Sequence record: SRR31156797_2835
Direction: 5' to 3' (one strand)
Length of the DNA stretch: 22,877 nucleotides
In this document: in pieces, positions 9,382 to 17,706 of the stretch
Position numbering within the stretch: position 1 is the first letter of the stretch
How the letters are laid out: the number at the start of each line of letters is the position of its first letter
Program-made: the position numbers and the translations under genes
The notes under the pieces: model-generated
Seen by the model: only the letters and a program-made list of their open reading frames with translations
Database searches by the model: none
What the model was told of the DNA's origin: nothing

Positions 9382-12300
9382 ATGGAAAGATTCACCGCAG
9401 ACTTGCACATCCACTCCCGTTTTTCTCGCGCCACGAGCAAGAACTTGACCATCCGGAGCCTGGCAGCCTGGGGGCGCCTCAAAGGACTGACAGTCCTGGG
9501 TACCGGAGACTTCACCCACCCCGAATGGCTGGCCGAAATTGAAGACCAGCTTCAAGACAACGGACAGGGACTCTTCACCCTGAAAGACCCCGGTGGGCTT
9601 GAATCGGAAATCCCGACTTTTGACGGAGAAATTCCCGGCCGCACACGCTTTATGCTCCAAACGGAAATCAGCTCCATCTATAAACGTGGCGGCAAGGTGC
9701 GCAAAGTCCACAACCTCGTCTACATGCCGGACCTTGATTCCGTAAAAAAATTCAACGAGAAGCTGGGAGAAGTCGGCAATCTGGCCTCGGATGGACGTCC
9801 CATTCTCGGGCTGGACAGTCGCAATCTCATTGATATGGTTTTGGAAACCCACCCCATGGCATTCCTTGTTCCGGCCCATATATGGACACCATGGTTTTCA
9901 TTATTTGGCTCCAAATCCGGCTTTGATTCTATTCGCGAATGCTTCGGTGACTATTCAGATGAAATTTTTGCCATGGAAACAGGCCTGTCCTCAGACCCGG
10001 AAATGAACTGGACTTGGTCGGAACTCGACCGCATCAAACTCATTTCAAATTCAGATGCTCACTCTGGAGAAAAGTTAGGACGTGAGGCCAACCTTTTCCG
10101 TGGTGATATTTCCTATGAAGGCATATACCGCGCGCTTAGAAGTGAAGGATTGGGCCACAAATTTCTTGGCACCATGGAATTCTTTCCAGAAGAGGGGAAA
10201 TACCACATGGACGGCCACCGCAAATGTGGCGTGTCCATGGACCCGCATGAAACCATTGCCCGAGATGGTATTTGTCCTGTCTGCGGCAAACCTGTCACCG
10301 TGGGCGTCTACAACCGAATACTGGAATTGTCCGACCGAGAAGAGCCGGTCCAACCCGCAGGTGCGGCCAACTTCGTGTCCATGATTCCGCTCAAAGAAAT
10401 TCTGTCCGAAGTAGTTGGCGTGGGACCGACTTCCAAAAAAGTCAACCTGCTGTACATGAAACTCCTCCGCGAATTTGGCACTGAACTGGACATTCTTCAA
10501 CGCGCTCCAGTGGAGGATCTCAATAAATTTTCCTGCCATCTCGGCGAAGGCTTATCCCGAATGCGTGAAGGACAGGTCATTCGCAAGGCCGGCTTTGACG
10601 GCGAATACGGCACTATCACCGTATTCTCCGAAAAAGAACGCGATGAAATCAAAAATGGCGGCACTCTTATATCCATGGCTACATCCGACAAGCACCCTGA
10701 TGTGGGTGAAACAGCCAAACCATGCAAGGTTATCCTCCGACGCAAAGCTGAAGTCGCTTCCGTCAAGTATAACAAGGAACAGCAGGCAGCCATCAACGCC
10801 GGTCCCGGTGCGGTTCTGGTCATGGCTGGCCCCGGTACCGGAAAAACCCAAACCCTCATGGGACGTATTGGCAGACTCATTGACGAAGGGGGTAATCCCA
10901 AGCGTATACTCGCTCTGACGTTCACCCGCAGAGCAGCGCAGGAACTCCGCGATCGTATGAAAAGCCTCCGTGGGGACACAGCAGAAATGCCGCAGGCTGG
11001 CACTCTGCATTCACTCTGTTTCGACTACTGGCGACACGCTTATTCCGAAACACCCATAGTGGTTCCAGAGGCTGCGGCCAAAAAACTTTTCGCCGAGGTC
11101 AACCCCGAATTCGCGGGCAAAAATCTCAACCATTACTGGAATAAATACATCATGGCCCGTGAGCGGTTGGAAGAACTGCCCGCAGACCTTGCCGAGGCGC
11201 ACATAAATTACGGCAACCAGAAAAACCATTGGGATTTGGTGGACTACACCGACCTGTTGGAATTCATGTTGGAACAATCAGATGCGCCCACTTTCCGTAT
11301 GCCATACACAGACGTACTGGTGGATGAGGTTCAGGACCTCACCCCCCTGCAACTGGCCGTGATCAAAGGCATTGCCGAGAAATCAGGCAAAGGCGTATTT
11401 TGTATCGGCGACCCCAAGCAGTCCATCTACGGATTCCGAGGGGCAGCAGAAAACGTGGAAGAGCGTCTCAAGGAAATGTGGCCAGGCATCAAGCCCGTCA
11501 CCCTGCTAGAAAACTACCGTTCAGGTCAGGCCATTCTTGATACAGCGGCATCGCTTTTCCCTGATGAACCAAAACTCCACGCCAATCAGGACATCAACGC
11601 CACCATTCATATTTTTGAAGGACCAAACGGTCTGCAAGAAGCAACCTGGATCAGTGACAAAATCAAGGGACTGATTGGCGCAACCAGTCATTCCATATCA
11701 GATCAGGAAGGCGGCGGAGACTTGGCCCCCGGTGACATCGCCGTGCTGGTTCGCTTCAAAGCCCTTATTCCCATTCTTGAAAAAGCTCTGAAACGGGCAG
11801 GCATCCCGGTCTCTACGCCTGAGTTGGAAGGTTTCTGGCAGGAACCACGTGTGGCAAGTATTCTCCGAGCCGCCGAACAGTTCCTGGGCATGACACTTTC
11901 CGATTCCGAAGATGTGCTTGATGTGCCGGACCATATCCTCGCCAAAGGACCAGTGGCCCTCGCCGCATTTCTGAATGAAACCCCGCCATTCGACCAGTTC
12001 TTCTGGGACAGCCGACAGTTCAAGGAATTGAAAAAGGCTTTTGATGAACGCAGTGGATGGCAGGGGCTGGTCAATTGGGTCAGCCTTCAGACCGAACTGG
12101 AGCTGGTACGCAACTCAGCGGAAAAGGTTCAGATAATGACCCTGCATGCAGCCAAGGGGTTGGAATTTGACGCAGTCTTCATGCCTGCCTGTGAAGAAGG
12201 CATCCTGCCCTTTGCCGGAATGGACCTGCTGACAGCCACGGTCACACTCACTCCGGGACGCGGTCAACGCTTCCACGAAGAACGCCGTCTCATGTTCGTG

Positions 12301-12483
12301 GGCATGACACGCGCCAAGCGCAATCTTTATATTAGTCGATCCGACCAACGACAGTTGTATGGGAAGACCCTGAACCTGCCGCCGTCTCGATATTTGCGGG
12401 AACTGCCTGAGCACCTTCTGACGAGATCCACTTTGGCTGCCAAGATGGTGACCAAAGAAAAACAGCTCGGGTTACTCGATTAG
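9382..12483 (+). CDS. Endonuclease Q-like PHP domain fused to a UvrD/PcrA-type SF1A helicase
   Basis: N-terminus has ADLHIHS, GTGDFTHP, AHIWTPW, ETGLSSD, NSDAHS and a Zn-ribbon (HRKC...CPVCG), consistent with the EndoQ family. C-terminus has AGPGTGKT, LTFT, DEVQD, GDPKQSIYGFRG, ENYRS, TLHAAKGLEF and EERRLMFVGMTRA, the UvrD motifs I-VI. Confidence 0.9.
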   Translation: MERFTADLHIHSRFSRATSKNLTIRSLAAWGRLKGLTVLGTGDFTHPEWLAEIEDQLQDNGQGLFTLKDPGGLESEIPTFDGEIPGRTRFMLQTEISSIYKRGGKVRKVHNLVYMPDLDSVKKFNEKLGEVGNLASDGRPILGLDSRNLIDMVLETHPMAFLVPAHIWTPWFSLFGSKSGFDSIRECFGDYSDEIFAMETGLSSDPEMNWTWSELDRIKLISNSDAHSGEKLGREANLFRGDISYEGIYRALRSEGLGHKFLGTMEFFPEEGKYHMDGHRKCGVSMDPHETIARDGICPVCGKPVTVGVYNRILELSDREEPVQPAGAANFVSMIPLKEILSEVVGVGPTSKKVNLLYMKLLREFGTELDILQRAPVEDLNKFSCHLGEGLSRMREGQVIRKAGFDGEYGTITVFSEKERDEIKNGGTLISMATSDKHPDVGETAKPCKVILRRKAEVASVKYNKEQQAAINAGPGAVLVMAGPGTGKTQTLMGRIGRLIDEGGNPKRILALTFTRRAAQELRDRMKSLRGDTAEMPQAGTLHSLCFDYWRHAYSETPIVVPEAAAKKLFAEVNPEFAGKNLNHYWNKYIMARERLEELPADLAEAHINYGNQKNHWDLVDYTDLLEFMLEQSDAPTFRMPYTDVLVDEVQDLTPLQLAVIKGIAEKSGKGVFCIGDPKQSIYGFRGAAENVEERLKEMWPGIKPVTLLENYRSGQAILDTAASLFPDEPKLHANQDINATIHIFEGPNGLQEATWISDKIKGLIGATSHSISDQEGGGDLAPGDIAVLVRFKALIPILEKALKRAGIPVSTPELEGFWQEPRVASILRAAEQFLGMTLSDSEDVLDVPDHILAKGPVALAAFLNETPPFDQFFWDSRQFKELKKAFDERSGWQGLVNWVSLQTELELVRNSAEKVQIMTLHAAKGLEFDAVFMPACEEGILPFAGMDLLTATVTLTPGRGQRFHEERRLMFVGMTRAKRNLYISRSDQRQLYGKTLNLPPSRYLRELPEHLLTRSTLAAKMVTKEKQLGLLD

Positions 12484-12673
12484 AGAAAGAACCGATACAC
12501 GCCACGCTCATACACCCTGCACATGTTTCGTGCGGCAAAGGAGGATATGCCTGCCTGACGCAAACGACAGAACAGGTGGAGCGGATTAAATACATGTTGG
12601 CAAAAGCTTCTGAATCTTTTCATGGCAACACCCTCGGCAACTCAGTACATTTGTCTGTTCTTTTGCAAAGGAT

Positions 12674-13522
12674 ATGCCCACTATTGAGAGTGCAACAATG
12701 ATCGACAGTTCCACGTCCCACACTCCCACCGACAGGGAAAAAACTGCGCACCAATGCCCGGATTCCGTCACGGTTGCCCAAAAAAAATGGGGAGTGGAGT
12801 TCCCGTATTCCGTGGCCGCAACGTCTTTTGTCATCCCAGCCGGAGCCGCTGAAAACGCGGAATATCTAGCAAATAAATTCCCTGAAATCGCCCTGCTTTT
12901 TTTTGAAGCGGATGCCTGCCTCAAGTATACCGAGACTGACCTACCGCCTTCCATGGCCGACCTGCCGCTTTCATGGCACGTTCACATGCCGCTCGACTTC
13001 GACTGGTCAGACGGGCTGGACACAATCTGGAGCAAAATCGACGGGCTTATCGACAAGGCCGCGTTTCTGTCACCGCACGCATATGTGCTACACCCTCCCA
13101 CTCAACCGAACATGCTTGTCCCTTTGGCTGCCCGACTACGAGACAAAGGCGTGGACCCGGCCAGTTTTCTGGTGGAAAATATCCGGGGCTACAGCCTGAC
13201 ACCCATCTGGGATGAAGTGCGTGAAGGCGGCTATTCAGCATGTCTGGATATTGGGCATATACAAGCCTACAACCAATTTGACGTGCTTGGTCTGCCCGAC
13301 CTATGGAAACATGTGCAGATGCTTCATATTTATGGAGCAGAAAAACGCATGCAGCACAGGTCCCTCTCAGAGATGGACAAGGCAGGGCAAGACCTGCTAC
13401 GCACCCTGCTCGGCAACTTTACAGGCCGGACACTGACCTTGGAACTGTTTAACGAACAAGGCCTTTTTCAATCGCTTGATCTGCTGGGCCAATGGCTGTC
13501 CGGCTGGGGAGACGAACAATGA
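12674..13522 (+). CDS. cbiR: Cobamide-remodelling phosphodiesterase CbiR-like (AP endonuclease 2 / xylose isomerase-like TIM barrel)
   Basis: TSFVIP, E-I-A-L-L-F-F-E, HVHMPLD, VLHP, VEN, CLDIGH, HIYG and TLELF metal-binding pattern. Translationally coupled to cobU. The start could instead be 12698. Confidence 0.7.
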   Translation: MPTIESATMIDSSTSHTPTDREKTAHQCPDSVTVAQKKWGVEFPYSVAATSFVIPAGAAENAEYLANKFPEIALLFFEADACLKYTETDLPPSMADLPLSWHVHMPLDFDWSDGLDTIWSKIDGLIDKAAFLSPHAYVLHPPTQPNMLVPLAARLRDKGVDPASFLVENIRGYSLTPIWDEVREGGYSACLDIGHIQAYNQFDVLGLPDLWKHVQMLHIYGAEKRMQHRSLSEMDKAGQDLLRTLLGNFTGRTLTLELFNEQGLFQSLDLLGQWLSGWGDEQ

Positions 13523-14028
13523 TCACCTTGGTACTTGGTGGCAATAAATCCGGGAAATCCGATTTTGCACTTAACTTGCTAGCCGATATGGAGCAACCGG
13601 GTGTTTTTATTGCCACAGGCAAAGCCAAGGACTTCGCTTTCCGGGAACAGATCGGCAAACACCGCCGAGAACGCTCCTCAAGCCTTGAAGTTATTGAAGT
13701 TTCCGAGGACTTGCCTCAGACGCTGAGACAGGCTAAATTGCACTTTCCGACTGTGCTTGTGGACAGTCTTGATTACTGGTTATTCGCCTGCCGGGAAGCT
13801 GGCTGCGAAGCGGAAAAAATGAAAGAATTCAAGGATGTCCTCAGTAATTGGGACGCCTCGAATCTGATATTGGTTTCCTGTGAAACCGGACTTGGAGTTC
13901 TACCGGCATCCGGTGAAGTCCGGGCATTCGTACGGAGCCTCGGCGCGCTTAATCAGCGCATTGCCGTGCAGGCTGACCAGGCATTTCTGGTTGCAGCCGG
14001 GCTTCCGTTAACCCTGAAACGGGGATAA
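13519..14028 (+). CDS. cobU: Bifunctional adenosylcobinamide kinase / adenosylcobinamide-phosphate guanylyltransferase
   Basis: MITLVLGGNKSGKS P-loop, IATG, HRRER, VSCETGLG, LGALNQRIA and AGLPLTLK. ATG at 13519 overlaps the upstream TGA (ATGA). Confidence 0.9.
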   Translation: MITLVLGGNKSGKSDFALNLLADMEQPGVFIATGKAKDFAFREQIGKHRRERSSSLEVIEVSEDLPQTLRQAKLHFPTVLVDSLDYWLFACREAGCEAEKMKEFKDVLSNWDASNLILVSCETGLGVLPASGEVRAFVRSLGALNQRIAVQADQAFLVAAGLPLTLKRG

Positions 14029-14032
14029 CTTT

Positions 14033-15028
14033 TTGGCACTCTTTCGACAACTGGATGAACAGGTCGACCAACTGCTCGATCTGTTCAACAAAGACGATAA
14101 TTGGCTTATCGTCATCAATGCCGACCCGGATGCTCTGGGTTCGGCCTTGGCGTTGAGGCGCATCATGGCGCGGCGGGTAAGTCAGACTGCCATTGCCCAG
14201 ATCAACGAGATCAAACGACCGGACAACCTGTCCATGATCCGTTACTGCCGCATTCCCACGCAAAAACTCATCCCGAATCTGTCGGCCCAGTTCGACAAAT
14301 TCGCCTTGGTGGATTCGCAACCCCACCACAACCCCGAATTCAAACAATTCGATTTCTCTGTGGTCATCGACCATCATCCCATTGCACAGGACAATCTGGT
14401 CAATGCTGACTTTGTGGACATCCGACCCAAATACGGCTCGGTCTGCACCATGATGACCGAGTACCTGTACAACATGAAAATTCGCCCGGCCAAGCTACTG
14501 GCCACGGCCCTGATGTACGGCATCCGCTGTGACACCAAGACCTTTGAGCGCGAATTCATTGACGCAGACATGGCGGCTTTCAAATATCTTTCCAAATATT
14601 CAGACTCCAAGCTGATGAACCGCATCAGCCGCAGCGAATTCCATCTGGACTGGATGCGGTATATTTCCCGCGCCTTCTACAACCTGCGCCGGATTGGCAA
14701 AGGGTTATTCGCTTACTGCGGCAACGTGGAAAACCCGGACGTTCTGGTCATTGTCGCCGACTTCTTCACCCGTGTTCACGACGTACCGTGGGTTGTTGTT
14801 TCAGGCACATCTGAAGACAAGCTCGTCTGCATTCTGCGCGGCGACGGCCAACGGCGCAATATGGGAACCATGGCTCAGAAACTCATGAACGGCCTTGGTT
14901 CGGCTGGTGGTCACAAACAGGCTGCCCGTGCCGAAGTGCCGGTTGAAGAACTGGACGGCGTGGACCCTGAAATATTCATGCTCAAGCGTATCGGACAAGG
15001 CCGCAAAGCCACGATTCGCAAAGTTTAA
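14033..15028 (+). CDS. DHH/DHHA1-family phosphoesterase (NrnA-like)
   Basis: TTG start 4 nt after cobU. Motifs DPDALGS, VD, IDHH, GIRCDT and SAGGH. Confidence 0.88.
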   Translation: MALFRQLDEQVDQLLDLFNKDDNWLIVINADPDALGSALALRRIMARRVSQTAIAQINEIKRPDNLSMIRYCRIPTQKLIPNLSAQFDKFALVDSQPHHNPEFKQFDFSVVIDHHPIAQDNLVNADFVDIRPKYGSVCTMMTEYLYNMKIRPAKLLATALMYGIRCDTKTFEREFIDADMAAFKYLSKYSDSKLMNRISRSEFHLDWMRYISRAFYNLRRIGKGLFAYCGNVENPDVLVIVADFFTRVHDVPWVVVSGTSEDKLVCILRGDGQRRNMGTMAQKLMNGLGSAGGHKQAARAEVPVEELDGVDPEIFMLKRIGQGRKATIRKV

Positions 15029-15048
15029 CTTTTACTCACACAATACAT

Positions 15049-17706
15049 ATGTCGCTGAAAGAACGCCTTAATTTCGATAAGGAACCTGTTTACCTTATCG
15101 ACGGTACCGCCCTGCTCTATCGCGCCTTCTACGCTCGCGCTGACCTGTCACGTTCGGACGGATTCCCGACCAACGCGATCAACACGGTCCTGCGTGTACT
15201 CATGAACATGCTCAGGGATGAACAGCCCAAGCATGTGGCGTTCATGATGGACGGCAAGGGAAAAACCTTCCGCAACGACCTCTATGATAAGTACAAGGCC
15301 AATCGTCCGCCCATGCCCGAAGGGTTGGCCGAACAGATTGCACCGGTACAGGAAGGCGTTCAGTTACTCGGCCTCAAGCTGCTTGTCTCCGACGGAGTGG
15401 AAGCGGACGACTGCATCTGCGCACTCGCCAACAAGTACAAGGCGGACCGCCCGGTCATCATCATGGCCTCGGACAAGGACCTCAAGCAGTGCCTTGATAC
15501 CAATGTAGCCATGGTCAGCCAGCACGGACGCAAGGAAACCCTCTACACACTGGAAGGATTCCGCGAGAAAGAAGGCATGGAGCCAGCCACATGGCCGGAT
15601 TTTCAGGCTGTAATCGGCGACTCGGCAGATAATATCCCCGGTATTCCCAAAGTCGGCCCGGTCACGGCGCGAAAAATTTTCGCCGAAACCGGTCCCACAC
15701 TTGAGGACCTGCGCAACAACGTGGATAAACTCCCGGAAAAACTCCGCGCCAAGGTGGAGCCGGAAATGGAAACGGTATTCATGTTCCGCGACCTGACCCG
15801 CATGAAGACCGATTGCTGTGACAATCCGGTGGATGATTTCATTGTGCAGGACATGGATGTGGACGCGCTTCACGCATTCTTGGAAGAGTATGAGCTGCGC
15901 GGTTTGCAACGCGATCTGCCCAGAACCAAGGCAACGCAGACAGCGACAAGCGCCCCGGTCGCATCATCCCCAAAAGCTGCACAGGCACAGGACGGCGGCA
16001 TGTTGTCCCTGTTCGGCGAAGCCCCGGCAACCCCGAAGGTCGAAGAGCCTTTGGCTGTGACCGAGGCCCCGACTGTCGGCGATCTGCCTAATTTGGCAGG
16101 CGAAGACGTGGGTGTGGTTTTTGAGAAGAAAACATTTTTCATTGGCATGGAAGGCAAGGAATACCGGTACACCGGTGACGTTGCCGATCTGGTTCGCGCA
16201 TTGGCCGATGCTTCGGTGATCGCGACCCCGTCCGTGCAGGATTTGTTGCGTGCCGATTCGGCATGGAATTATATTTTGGCAAGCCAATGGTTCGACCTGA
16301 GTCTGGCCGCGTATCTGCTCGACCCGGAATCACGCAATTATACATGGGCTCGGCTCAAGCAGTCCATTCACCATGATGGCCGCTCTGAATTTGCAGAAGC
16401 TGCCAAGGGATTGCACCCGCAATCTCAGGGATTGGCCGCGCTTGTGTATATGCAAGGTATTCAGGGACAGGTGAAAAGTGCTGAGCTTGAACCGCTCATG
16501 CATGACCTTGAATTGCCGCTCATCCCGGCGCTTGTTTCCATGGAACAGGCCGGTATTGCCGTTGACCTTGAGGCGTTCAAAGGATTTCTCGATGATGTCA
16601 ACGCACAACTGGCCGAGCTGACCCGGACCATCATCGGCTTTGCCGGAGAGGAATTCAATATCCGCTCCAGCCAGCAGTTGGCCGTAGTCCTGTTCGATAC
16701 ACTCGGTATCAAGGCCGGGTCTAAAACCAGTACGGGATTGCGCTCCACCGCCAACCAAGTATTGGAAAAGATTCGGGATCAGCATCCCATTGTTGAAGCC
16801 GTGCTGGAATACCGCATGTTGGAAAAACTGCGCTCCACCTACCTTGAACCACTACCGAAACTGGTGGACAAGGAATCAAGACTGCACACCCATTTCAATC
16901 AATTGTCCACGGCCACGGGTCGACTGTCCAGCTCGCAGCCGAACCTGCAAAATATCCCGATTCGCGGGGTACACGGCCCACGGATGCGCGCCTGTTTCAA
17001 TGCGAAAGAAGGCCATCTGTTAGCCGCGGCTGATTACTCGCAGATTGAATTGCGCGTACTGGCACACTTTTCCAAAGACCCGGCCCTGATTGATGCATTC
17101 CGCCATGACGAGGACATCCACTCGCGCACAGCGGCCCTGCTCAATGACAAGACGGTTGAAGAAGTGACATCGGATGAACGACGCGGCGCAAAGACCATCA
17201 ACTTCGGCCTGATCTACGGCATGGGCGTCCAAAAACTGGCCCGTGAGCTGAAAATCAAACAGACCGAGGCCAAGGAATTCACGGAAAAATATTTCGAGAA
17301 AATGGCGACCCTCAAGGCCTACTACGACACCATCGTGGAAGACGCCCAGAAACACGGCTTCGTGGCAACCCTCGCCGGACGCCGCCGCCTGCTCCCGGAA
17401 CTCCACTCCCGCAATAACCAACTCCAGTCTCAGGCCAAACGCCAAGCCGTCAACACGGTCATTCAAGGCTCAGCCGCCGACATCATCAAAATGGCCATGC
17501 TCGCGGCCCACGCCGACGCAGAACTCAAAGCCCTCGGCGCCCAGCTCATCCTTCAGGTACACGATGAACTCATCATCGAAGCCCCACAGGAAAACATCGA
17601 AGCCGCCGGAGCACGCCTCAAAACCATCATGCAAGACGTAGCAAGCTTGGACGTCCCGCTGAAAGTAGATTTAGGAATAGGATTGAATTGGGCGGAAGCG
17701 CATTAA
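15049..17706 (+). CDS. polA: DNA polymerase I
   Basis: 5'-3' exonuclease motifs (LIDG, YKANR, EADD, SDKD, GDSADNIPG) and polymerase motifs ADYSQIELR, AKTINFGLIYG and LQVHDE. Confidence 0.97.
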   Translation: MSLKERLNFDKEPVYLIDGTALLYRAFYARADLSRSDGFPTNAINTVLRVLMNMLRDEQPKHVAFMMDGKGKTFRNDLYDKYKANRPPMPEGLAEQIAPVQEGVQLLGLKLLVSDGVEADDCICALANKYKADRPVIIMASDKDLKQCLDTNVAMVSQHGRKETLYTLEGFREKEGMEPATWPDFQAVIGDSADNIPGIPKVGPVTARKIFAETGPTLEDLRNNVDKLPEKLRAKVEPEMETVFMFRDLTRMKTDCCDNPVDDFIVQDMDVDALHAFLEEYELRGLQRDLPRTKATQTATSAPVASSPKAAQAQDGGMLSLFGEAPATPKVEEPLAVTEAPTVGDLPNLAGEDVGVVFEKKTFFIGMEGKEYRYTGDVADLVRALADASVIATPSVQDLLRADSAWNYILASQWFDLSLAAYLLDPESRNYTWARLKQSIHHDGRSEFAEAAKGLHPQSQGLAALVYMQGIQGQVKSAELEPLMHDLELPLIPALVSMEQAGIAVDLEAFKGFLDDVNAQLAELTRTIIGFAGEEFNIRSSQQLAVVLFDTLGIKAGSKTSTGLRSTANQVLEKIRDQHPIVEAVLEYRMLEKLRSTYLEPLPKLVDKESRLHTHFNQLSTATGRLSSSQPNLQNIPIRGVHGPRMRACFNAKEGHLLAAADYSQIELRVLAHFSKDPALIDAFRHDEDIHSRTAALLNDKTVEEVTSDERRGAKTINFGLIYGMGVQKLARELKIKQTEAKEFTEKYFEKMATLKAYYDTIVEDAQKHGFVATLAGRRRLLPELHSRNNQLQSQAKRQAVNTVIQGSAADIIKMAMLAAHADAELKALGAQLILQVHDELIIEAPQENIEAAGARLKTIMQDVASLDVPLKVDLGIGLNWAEAH

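Noticed and set aside
12484..12673. Canonical cobalamin or c-di-GMP-I riboswitch call
   Set aside because: No B12 box or GGGAA core, and no GNRA tetraloop or P3 consensus. Kept only as a low-confidence structured-leader finding.
13492..13518. Longer cobU start given in the ORF track
   Set aside because: ATG 13519 gives the typical MITLVLGG N-terminus and ATGA coupling to cbiR.
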